DNA of 32,000 nt. Origin: Promethearchaeum syntrophicum (GTDB lineage Archaea; Asgardarchaeota; Lokiarchaeia; Sigyniarchaeales; Promethearchaeaceae). The position numbers and the translations under genes are program-made. The stretch covers positions 2,370,001 through 2,402,000 of the forward strand of contig NZ_CP042905.2 in assembly GCF_008000775.2 (NCBI RefSeq). The letters run 5' to 3'. The notes beneath the pieces are model-generated. The model saw nothing but the letters and a program-made list of their open reading frames with translations. It made no database searches and had not been told where the DNA came from. Below are positions 15,443 through 23,296 of the stretch, piece after piece (the stretch's first letter is position 1; every line of letters starts with the position of its first letter).

Positions 15443-17959
15443 TTACATATTGTGCATTTCTCGTGCAATAATTTCATCTTGGAGTTCTTTTCCTATAGAT
15501 ACAAAATATGCATTATATCCCGTTATCCTAACCAATAGATTGTGGTATCCGTCGGGATTAACTTGAGCATCTTTAAGCATATTTGCATCTAATATGTTGA
15601 TTTGTAAAGCTGTGCCTCCGTTCTCTATATATCCCTTCAAATATGATTTAAATTTCTCTTTTAGTTCTGGATTACGTAGCAATGAAGGATTAAATGTCAA
15701 TGTATGGCTAGCGCCATTAGGTAAAAAGTTAATATAATCTCCATTTTCATCCTTACCTCCTAAAACGGTACCAACAGAATTCGTTACTGCAGTAGGTCCT
15801 TGAATATCTGCTCCGTTCGTTGGTGAAATCGCATTAGAAAGGAATTGTCCTCCTATTCTTCCATCTGGTGTTGCTGGTGTAAAACCTGCATCCTCTCCAG
15901 CCCAGTAATTCCATGATAACATTCCTGGTCTATAGGTAAAATCTGTAGGTGTTTTATATTTGAAGCATTCTTGAGACCATATTTCCATTACTTTTTGTGC
16001 AAGTTCATCTGCTTCATCATTATCATTTCCATATTTCGGAGCTCGATTTTTTATGAGTGAATGCATAATTTTCCATTCTTTTTTACCCTTGAAATCATTT
16101 TCCATAGCTTCTTTTAATTCAGCAATTGTGAATTTTTTCTCGTCATATACAAACTTCTTTATTGCGAGTAACGAATCGACTAGAGTCGCGAAACCAACCC
16201 CTTCAATCGTGATAAATCGAATTTCAGGACCCCCATTTCTGACATCCAAGCCTGAGTTGATACATCCCTTTACCATTGAGGATAAATATGGTGTTGGTAA
16301 CCATCTGGCACGGAATTCTTCAGAAATATTATACGTATCAACAGTATACTTAATTTGATATCTTATCTGCCTAACCCAAGCATTCCAAAATTCTTCCCAA
16401 GTTTTAAAATCTTCTGCTAATCCCGTTTTAAGACCCATAAGTATAGGTTTTTTCTCTTTTGGATGGAGCATTATTACATTTTGATTTTGATTTGCGCTTT
16501 TACCATTATTCAATGTCAACAATATACTCTTAACCAAGTTAGGATTGCAATTTACCGTTCCGCTGCGATCATTTCCTTGCATTGTATTTTCCAAACATCC
16601 AACACATGCATAATCCCAAGCTTTTTCTTTTGGAATTCCTTGCCTCATCATTCCCGCTATAGATCTCTCATCAAAATTTAGAATAAAAGGAGCACCTTGA
16701 GATTTCGTTATCATATTTACTATAATGTCTAGTAATTTATCTGGAGAATTTCTGTGTAAGCGAACATTTGGTTTAGGTTCAAGAATTGGACTCCATTCAT
16801 CAATTACCTCAAGAATGGTGTAAGTTAAATCGTTTGTAAGATCTTCTCCATTAGAACCACATCCAGATAAGGTCATAAGTTGTCCAAAACCTGCTGTGAT
16901 TCCTTGGTTTCCAATGCGCATTTGAGCATCATAGGCAGTATTACAGTGAAACCAAAAGGATCCAAGAATTTCTTTAGCAAAATTTTTAGTAATGTTCTTT
17001 TCATCGATTACATCTTTTTTATATAGATCCCATAAATGTTGATCAGTTCTTCCAAATGATAGCCCTGGTCCTGGATAACTTTCTTCTGCCATTACAAGCA
17101 TATGGATTAACCAAAGAGATTGAACACCTTGCCAAAATGTTTGAGCTGGCTCCCAAGGTACAATTTCAAGGTTATTTGCCATTTGCTCAAGTTCAAGTTT
17201 TCTAGTGTCGTCATTCACCTCAGCTGCCAACCTTCTACATTCTTCGGCATATTTTTGGGCTAATTTTCGTGGAATTTCTGAAGCTTGAATAATAGCTCTT
17301 ATTTCGTTGCCTATTGGGCTTTTTTTTTCTTTCAAACTAAGTTGATTATATCTTTCTTTAGCATCATTAAAAACCGATTTAAAACCATTATTAATTATAA
17401 AATCGTAATCCGGAATGATATGTCCAGCAGTTGCACCTACATTCCCGAAACCATGATTATGATATTTAAAAGTACTATGTCTGACGTTTAAATTTAGTTT
17501 ATCAAATATTTTTTGCTCTTTTTCATTTAAACATTTACTTAGTTGTGTATTGAATCGCCCCCCCGCTAAGAGTTCAGGTCCAATTATCTCTTGAGGAATT
17601 TTATTTAACATGACTTTTTCCAAAAATATTATTCGTCTCTCTGGGAGTGATTTAGACCAGAAATCTTTAGGCAATTCCACTTCTTCAGCCATTAATGCTA
17701 AAGAAGAACCGAAAATACCACGTGTTTTATTTCCAAGATAAAAATAAATTTCAGGAACAATATAATAATCAGTTTCTGCAAAGGGTCTATCATCTAAGAG
17801 TCCGGTTGTAAAAGGCATATATTCATTATTCCATTCACGCTTCACTCCTAAAAAGTAATAGTCTCTTAGCCATTTATTACGTGGAGATAAATCATGTGGT
17901 TCAGCAATTCGATATTTTTGCTGTTCACCTAACGAATCCTCTTTTTCTGTAGTTACCAT
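15443..17959 (-). CDS. Glycyl-radical enzyme, PFL2/dehydratase-lyase type (substrate unknown)
   Basis: 838 aa. The C-terminal fingerprint is LLVRITG814YNAYF. The single-Cys loop is ACVGC455LE457. It also has GHIIPDYDFIINNGF, SFGRTDQHLWDLY, and FTPATPDGRIGGQFLSNAISPTNGADIQGPTAVTNSV. The SD-like GAGG lies 5 nt before the ATG. Confidence 0.9.
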   Translation of the reverse strand: MVTTEKEDSLGEQQKYRIAEPHDLSPRNKWLRDYYFLGVKREWNNEYMPFTTGLLDDRPFAETDYYIVPEIYFYLGNKTRGIFGSSLALMAEEVELPKDFWSKSLPERRIIFLEKVMLNKIPQEIIGPELLAGGRFNTQLSKCLNEKEQKIFDKLNLNVRHSTFKYHNHGFGNVGATAGHIIPDYDFIINNGFKSVFNDAKERYNQLSLKEKKSPIGNEIRAIIQASEIPRKLAQKYAEECRRLAAEVNDDTRKLELEQMANNLEIVPWEPAQTFWQGVQSLWLIHMLVMAEESYPGPGLSFGRTDQHLWDLYKKDVIDEKNITKNFAKEILGSFWFHCNTAYDAQMRIGNQGITAGFGQLMTLSGCGSNGEDLTNDLTYTILEVIDEWSPILEPKPNVRLHRNSPDKLLDIIVNMITKSQGAPFILNFDERSIAGMMRQGIPKEKAWDYACVGCLENTMQGNDRSGTVNCNPNLVKSILLTLNNGKSANQNQNVIMLHPKEKKPILMGLKTGLAEDFKTWEEFWNAWVRQIRYQIKYTVDTYNISEEFRARWLPTPYLSSMVKGCINSGLDVRNGGPEIRFITIEGVGFATLVDSLLAIKKFVYDEKKFTIAELKEAMENDFKGKKEWKIMHSLIKNRAPKYGNDNDEADELAQKVMEIWSQECFKYKTPTDFTYRPGMLSWNYWAGEDAGFTPATPDGRIGGQFLSNAISPTNGADIQGPTAVTNSVGTVLGGKDENGDYINFLPNGASHTLTFNPSLLRNPELKEKFKSYLKGYIENGGTALQINILDANMLKDAQVNPDGYHNLLVRITGYNAYFVSIGKELQDEIIAREMHNM

Positions 17960-18034
17960 TTTTCCTCATTTATGCTATTTTTTATAAATTGATTAATATA
18001 TTTCGCTTAACAATATATATGTTTGCTAATATTG

Positions 18035-18054
18035 ATGGAAACCATGGTTTCCAT
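18035..18054. promoter_or_regulatory. Perfect 20-bp palindrome ATGGAAACCATGGTTTCCAT; candidate operator between the GRE operon and the TetR gene
   Basis: I checked the reverse complement by hand and it equals the sequence itself. It sits about 15 bp from a minus-strand ATATATAT box (18013-18020) upstream of the GRE gene. Confidence 0.5.
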
Positions 18055-18096
18055 TATAATTTTTAATCAAATATTTCCAATTTTATATAAATGAAG

Positions 18097-18118
18097 GTTT
18101 AACACAAAAATGTTAAAC
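18097..18118. promoter_or_regulatory. Inverted repeat GTTTAACA-n6-TGTTAAAC just upstream of the TetR start
   Basis: The 8-bp arms are exact reverse complements. It lies between TTTTATATAA (18081-18090) and the TetR ORF, where a transcription start would be expected. Confidence 0.4.
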
Positions 18119-18128
18119 TAGGAACTAC

Positions 18129-18755
18129 TTGAATAAATTTTCAATATTTTTTATTAATTCTTTGGACAATATTATATTAATAATGGATGTATCCGACCAA
18201 AATTTTGAAAAAAAACAAGAAATCGCTAATAAATTTATGGAATTTTTCTTAAAGCATGGGATGGTTAAAACTATTGTTAACGATGTTTCTAAAGAACTCC
18301 ATATGAGTAAAAAAACTATTTATAAGTATTTTAAAGGGGGAAAACAAGATTGCCTATATTTTATTTTTTCAAACATTGGTCACCAAGCCCGTATGATTAT
18401 TGAAAAAGATATAATGAATTTAAGCTCATCTTGGGAAAAAATCGAATATTTAATTCGCCAAATATATGAAGTTTCAGTTCCCTATGTCTTAGGTAATGCA
18501 GCTGAGAATGATGAAGACTATGTTGTTGAAAATCGAATAGTGGGAAATGCTTTTAAAGATGTTTTTCAAGATCTTTTTATTAAAAATATAAATCAAGGAA
18601 TTAATAAAAAGGAATTTTCAACCAGTAATGCAAACCAAACATTTAATTTTATCTATGGGGTAATTCTAGAGAGTATGATTATGATACATGATGATCCTGC
18701 TATAAATATTTTAGATCAAGTTATTAAAACAGTTAGAAAAATCCTTAAGAAATAA
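18129..18755 (+). CDS. TetR/AcrR-family transcriptional regulator, divergent from the GRE operon
   Basis: The N-terminal HTH is KKQEIANKFMEFFLKHGMVKTIVNDVSKELHMSKKTIYKYFKGGKQD, followed by a helical ligand domain. The start is ambiguous: TTG at 18129 (AGGA about 7 nt upstream), or ATG at 18183 (MDVSDQN...), which gives the usual short N-terminus. Confidence 0.85.
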   Translation: MNKFSIFFINSLDNIILIMDVSDQNFEKKQEIANKFMEFFLKHGMVKTIVNDVSKELHMSKKTIYKYFKGGKQDCLYFIFSNIGHQARMIIEKDIMNLSSSWEKIEYLIRQIYEVSVPYVLGNAAENDEDYVVENRIVGNAFKDVFQDLFIKNINQGINKKEFSTSNANQTFNFIYGVILESMIMIHDDPAINILDQVIKTVRKILKK

Positions 18756-18843
18756 ATGAAGTATCTTAAATTAATCAATAAAAAAATCGATCATCTTTAC
18801 ATACAGTTATTAAAGGCTCATATTCAAGCATTTAACATTCGTT

Positions 18844-18874
18844 AAAAAAAAAACCACCCTTGTCGAAAAAAAAA
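18844..18874 (-). terminator. Two oligo-T tracts (T10 and T9 on the minus strand) downstream of the beta-propeller gene
   Basis: The plus strand has A10 at 18844-18853 and A9 at 18866-18874. They flank a short GC-richer segment (CCACCC ... GGGGGTTTGG) that could pair weakly. Confidence 0.35.
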
Positions 18875-18945
18875 GTTAATAGGGGGTTTGGTCGTTCAAA
18901 TTTGTTAACGTAAATTCTTAAGACGTTATGGTGGTGACGGAAAGG

Positions 18946-20253
18946 TTATTTCTTTTTCTTTGTTAATCCAAATAAAAGACCACCTAGAATTAATCCCACC
19001 AATGCGCTACCCCCCATAAGAATGTAATGGGAGAGATCCAAATTTTTTACTAAATCTGATAAATTGCTCAGAACTGTACCAGGGACCACATCGATTTTAT
19101 ATACAATGAACATTCCATCATTAGTTAAGATCGATACTACGGTTCCATCATCAGAAATTTGCACTAAAGATATTTCTGAACTATATGTATTATGATTCAT
19201 AATTGAACGGCCTACTTCTGCATCAATTATCATCACCATTCCATCATATATCCCAGCGACTGCAATTTTTCCATCAAGAGAAATTTTTGTAGCTCTAACT
19301 TGCGAGGTAGTAGCTATTTCCCAAGTAAGGTCTTTTGCATTACGGGCATAACATCTCACCCTTTTATCCGAAGCGTCCGCAGTATAGGAACCAATAATAA
19401 TCTTATCACCTGATTCTGTCATCGAGAAACCTTTATAAGCAGCTTCAATAATCGAATTCCATAAAATATTTCCGCTCAAAGTATCCCAAACTGTTACATT
19501 ATCTCCAAATGGGCCTACATCTAAACCACTTGTAACCATTGTCGATCCGTCATCACTTATTTCAAGGGTTGCCACAGATGAAGATAATCCTTGTTTTTTC
19601 CATAATTGATCTCCAGTATAGCCATCTAAACACAATACTGTTCCATTTGCAAACCCCAAACCCAATGTGGATCCATTTCTATTGAAATTAGCTATATTTG
19701 GATAATCGAATATTGATTTTCGCCACATCTCATTTCCATTGGTCCCATTTATACCAATTAAATTATATGCTAATTCACTACTGACATATATTGCGAGAAA
19801 AAAAACTCCTCCATCTGCGCACATTAATGCTTTATTGACACTATTTATTCCATAATCAAAAGCCCACAAATCATCAGTCCCTGTTTTGCCATAGCAATAA
19901 TATTTATTTACATCCGCATCAACAAATGAGATTTTTGAACCATCCTCATTGATATCTACATAGTATGACAAAACATGAGATGTCAAATTCCAAATGATTT
20001 CAGATTCGCCATCAAAACTTTCAGGAACAGAATAAAGAATAACATTATCTACAGTATCTGCCACAACATATTTTCCATCTTTCGACATTTTCATATTATT
20101 TCCAAAAGTGTTATCACTAAAATCTGTCATCATAACAATCGACACTTCAGGCGGTACATAATCTTCTGTTTCAGCATTTGCTGAAGCAATATATGAGGAA
20201 ACCATTAACATTGTTAAGAGAATCCCCATCATCATTAAGTTTACTTTTTTCAT
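18946..20253 (-). CDS. Secreted, C-terminally membrane-anchored beta-propeller protein (PQQ/WD40-like repeats)
   Basis: 435 aa with a signal-like N-terminus (KVNLMMMGILLTMLMVSSYIASANA). Recurring blades contain DGS/DGK...(V/I)xxG and G(D/N)xxW motifs (GNEMWRK, GDQLWKK, GNILWNS). The C-terminus ends with YILMGGSALVGLILGGLLFGLTKKKK. Confidence 0.75.
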   Translation of the reverse strand: MKKVNLMMMGILLTMLMVSSYIASANAETEDYVPPEVSIVMMTDFSDNTFGNNMKMSKDGKYVVADTVDNVILYSVPESFDGESEIIWNLTSHVLSYYVDINEDGSKISFVDADVNKYYCYGKTGTDDLWAFDYGINSVNKALMCADGGVFFLAIYVSSELAYNLIGINGTNGNEMWRKSIFDYPNIANFNRNGSTLGLGFANGTVLCLDGYTGDQLWKKQGLSSSVATLEISDDGSTMVTSGLDVGPFGDNVTVWDTLSGNILWNSIIEAAYKGFSMTESGDKIIIGSYTADASDKRVRCYARNAKDLTWEIATTSQVRATKISLDGKIAVAGIYDGMVMIIDAEVGRSIMNHNTYSSEISLVQISDDGTVVSILTNDGMFIVYKIDVVPGTVLSNLSDLVKNLDLSHYILMGGSALVGLILGGLLFGLTKKKK

Positions 20254-20367
20254 TACAAAATACCTCGATTTTTTATTACTACTATCTTTGTATTTAGCTA
20301 AATAAATGTTCCTCTTGTAGAATTTGAATAAAATATCGATAAGTCATAGTTAAATTACCAATCATCA

Positions 20368-20616
20368 ATGGAAAATCTATTTCATAGAATGAAATTAAAT
20401 GTGATAAATTTATCAAAAATAGCCAATAGCTTTGAAACTCAAGTATCTGTAAAAGTTTACGCAAATAAATTTCCAATCACTGTATCGGGAATTAAAGGAA
20501 GAAGAAATTTCATCTATGGAATATTATTAGAAAGTATAATTATGTTACATGATAATCCTGGTGTTAATATTAAAGATCAAGTTATTTTAACATTGAAAAA
20601 AATCGTTAAAAAATAA
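20368..20616 (+). pseudogene. Truncated relic of a second TetR-family gene (C-terminal part only)
   Basis: The last 108 nt (20509-20616) align without gaps to the last 108 nt of the intact TetR gene (18648-18755), with 86/108 identical by my hand count. FIYGILLESIIMLHDNPGVNIKDQVILTLKKIVKK* aligns with FIYGVILESMIMIHDDPAINILDQVIKTVRKILKK*. No HTH-encoding part is present upstream. Confidence 0.6.
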
Positions 20617-20677
20617 GTTACCTTTCATTTGATTAGATTCATAATTCTAGCAACATTGATTATTTTGGAATAAAGCA

Positions 20678-22342
20678 ATGAGACCGAACCAATATCAAAA
20701 ACAACCTAATTTTAAGAAAATTGTAAATTCAAATGATCCATCCCAAAACAAAAATATAAAAAATCAAATTCGTGACCTCCAACCGGGAGATTACTATAAA
20801 GGAACGGTCAAAATTCTACGAAAGGTTAAACCTGGGCCTCTAATTTTATCTGTTTTTGATGGATCAGGAAAAATTGACGCCATTGCTCGAGATAGTTTAT
20901 TCAATGAGATGAAAAGAAATACTACTGGTATTACAACTTATGATTTTGGTAATATTAAAATAAAAGATAATCGAAAAAAGAAAAAAACATCCCAATCTTC
21001 TAATAACTTAAAATCAATTACCGAAGATGATATTCACGTTGATGATGTCTTTGAAATTCAGGGAAAAATTGGCGTTCATAGAGATAAATTGGAAATTGAG
21101 TTAGATTCTTTGAAAGAAGCGACTATGGATTTTAATGCGCTGATAAATAACCAATCGGAACCGTTAAGAAATACTTTTAGCATCAAATCCGAACGATATG
21201 AAGCCATGAAACCTGTTTTCCTACGCATTGCTCAACGAATACGACATGCAATCATTGATGATCAACCCATAGTAATTCGCCATCATAATGATGCTGATGG
21301 TATATGTGCAGGTTTAGCTGTCGAACAAGCTGTTTTGAATGTTATGGAACGCCGAGAACTTCCATCGAAGAATCGAATTTATCGGAGTCCGAATATTACT
21401 CCATTTTTTGATCAAATTGATCTTTTTCGAGATATAAGCAAATTTACAAGATATTCTAAACAATTTGGTGATAAATCCCCTCTACTTTTATTATTGGATA
21501 CTGGATCAACACCCGAAAATCATTTTGCATTACAAGTATTACAATCTTTCAAGTTTGAATGTATAATAGTTGATCATCATAATCCAGGAACTATTAAGAA
21601 TGGAAAAAGTGTGGTTTGTGATTTGATCGAATTCCATCTCAACCCATATCTATTTGGATATGATAGTCAAACATGTGGTGGGATGCTTTGTTACGAACTT
21701 TCTCGATTTATTGATGAAGAATACGATCAGCCAATATATCCCGCCGTTGCTGCCCTTGGTGATAGGTGTGATATTCCTGAGGTGGATTTGCTGATTGCCC
21801 AATCCCAAAAGAACAGAGAAGAATTATTTCAAATGGCTATCGTCTTAGATTATTTGGCTTTCCAATATAAATTTGATCCAGGCGAAGGCGTATATGAGAA
21901 AGTTTTCACCAACTCAGATATTTTAAATATCATTGGAACCAAAGTAAAATCTTTATTTGCAACCAAATTGGAGAGTATGTTGCCCCACATCAAAAGTGAA
22001 GATATAAATGGTATATGTTTTACTATCATTGAATTAGAAAAATTCACACAGCGTGGAAAATATCCGACCTCTGGAAAAGTGCTAGGAATAGTCCATGATT
22101 ACATCTTATCTCAGAATGATGCTCAACCAGTTTTCACCGTTGGGTATTTTGAAGATGGTATCATTATTCGTGCTTCTCAACCAATTCTTCCTGTTCCTAT
22201 ATTATTAGAGAAAATGGAGCGAAAACTTCCAAATGCAAATGTTGAGGGTGGAGGGCATGAACAAGCGGGATCCATCAAATTTATATCTGTTTTTGGAGAA
22301 GATGTGTTAAATTTTATCAAAACTCAATTACAGAAAATTTAA
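20678..22342 (+). CDS. RecJ-like DHH/DHHA1 nuclease with N-terminal OB-fold (archaeal RecJ/HAN/GAN-type)
   Basis: 554 aa with an OB-like N-terminus (GDYYKGTVKILRKVKPGPLILSVFDGSGKIDAIA...FEIQGKIGVHRDKLEIEL). DHH motifs are IVIRHHNDADGICAG, LLLLLDTGS, IIVDHHNP and ALGDRCDIP. The DHHA1 motif is GGGHEQAGS. Confidence 0.85.
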   Translation: MRPNQYQKQPNFKKIVNSNDPSQNKNIKNQIRDLQPGDYYKGTVKILRKVKPGPLILSVFDGSGKIDAIARDSLFNEMKRNTTGITTYDFGNIKIKDNRKKKKTSQSSNNLKSITEDDIHVDDVFEIQGKIGVHRDKLEIELDSLKEATMDFNALINNQSEPLRNTFSIKSERYEAMKPVFLRIAQRIRHAIIDDQPIVIRHHNDADGICAGLAVEQAVLNVMERRELPSKNRIYRSPNITPFFDQIDLFRDISKFTRYSKQFGDKSPLLLLLDTGSTPENHFALQVLQSFKFECIIVDHHNPGTIKNGKSVVCDLIEFHLNPYLFGYDSQTCGGMLCYELSRFIDEEYDQPIYPAVAALGDRCDIPEVDLLIAQSQKNREELFQMAIVLDYLAFQYKFDPGEGVYEKVFTNSDILNIIGTKVKSLFATKLESMLPHIKSEDINGICFTIIELEKFTQRGKYPTSGKVLGIVHDYILSQNDAQPVFTVGYFEDGIIIRASQPILPVPILLEKMERKLPNANVEGGGHEQAGSIKFISVFGEDVLNFIKTQLQKI

Positions 22343-22714
22343 ATCATATTTTTCATACAATTTATTTTTTTAATTATATTTCTTGAAAAATTATTGAAAT
22401 ATTACAAAAATATTCGTTAAAATCATAATAAAAGTTCCTCATAAACAGAAATTATTAATTTTTATCAATAAATATTAAAAAACTACTTGTATATCTTTCG
22501 CGACATTTATATCTAAATTCTTTATTTTTGTCGTGTTTTTAAGGGATTTTGATAAGATTTTTACATTTTGGTGCTTAAATATAAAGTTTTTAAATGTAAT
22601 ATTAAGGAAATGCAGAAAATTTGTACTATCCCCTTAGAAAGTTTCTAATAATACAATATTAATAGAAATTAAATACTTAATTTTAATGTATATTTTACAA
22701 CTCTCGGGATTAAT

Positions 22715-23221
22715 ATGACATTAGATGAAGCATTTTTAAAAATAAGGGCAAATATTGGTGACTCTGTTGCTCAGAATTATTTTACTAAGCAAATTCAAAA
22801 AAATATTGAAAAAAGTAAAGAGCTAGGTATAAAAATCGATACACTAAGTATGTCTTTGCAGATGGAATTCTCCCGTATTCAAGGAACAATGCTCCATCAA
22901 TTGAAAACTAAATCAACAGGTAGATCTTTAAAAGATATAATTATGAATGGCTTAGATACAATTTTAGAAATTTACGGGCAAGATGAATTTTATAAAGATT
23001 TTCTTATGGAATTATTAGGTGAACTGATCGAATGTTTAACCTCGAAAGCCATCCAATCTTATCTCTTAATAAAAGAATTGAATCTTATTCATGATTATAA
23101 TCAGATTGTAAGTTCAATACAAGATTTAGAATATCAAGATGTAATACGTATTTTAAAGATTCTCATTATATCTTCCACAATAAGAAGACATGAGAGAAGG
23201 ACTTTTATTAGAGGTTGTTAG
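22715..23221 (+). CDS. Hypothetical all-helical protein
   Basis: 168-aa ORF after a 372-bp AT-rich gap. I recognise no motif and no hydrophobic segments. Confidence 0.5.
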   Translation: MTLDEAFLKIRANIGDSVAQNYFTKQIQKNIEKSKELGIKIDTLSMSLQMEFSRIQGTMLHQLKTKSTGRSLKDIIMNGLDTILEIYGQDEFYKDFLMELLGELIECLTSKAIQSYLLIKELNLIHDYNQIVSSIQDLEYQDVIRILKILIISSTIRRHERRTFIRGC

Positions 23222-23296
23222 ATTAAAAAATAAAATGCTGCATCATATTACATTAAATTGATTATATTTTTTGCTCTTTAATCTCATCAATACAAA

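Noticed and set aside
16053-16681. Two plus-strand ORFs (101 aa and 72 aa)
   Set aside because: Both are antisense within the glycyl-radical enzyme gene, whose motifs validate the minus-strand frame.
17285-17491. 68-aa plus-strand ORF
   Set aside because: It is antisense within the GRE gene.
15443-17959. Calling the 838-aa enzyme pyruvate formate-lyase (pflB)
   Set aside because: The active-site loop has a single Cys followed by Glu (VGCLE), not the adjacent Cys-Cys pair of PflB/TdcE. Only the broader GRE (PFL2-type) call is justified.
18880-18945. GC-richer patch with GGTCGTTCAAAT, which looked like a tRNA T-arm
   Set aside because: I could not build an acceptor stem, D-arm or 7-nt anticodon loop. 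The only hairpin (TAACGT-n11-ACGTTA) has the wrong geometry. It is more likely 3' UTR or terminator context of the convergent genes.
19975-20184. 69-aa plus-strand ORF
   Set aside because: It is antisense within the beta-propeller gene.
20294-20476. 60-aa minus-strand ORF
   Set aside because: It overlaps the TetR-relic region on the opposite strand and has no start context or motif. The plus-strand similarity to the TetR C-terminus explains this DNA better.
21850-22047. 65-aa minus-strand ORF
   Set aside because: It is antisense within the RecJ-like gene.
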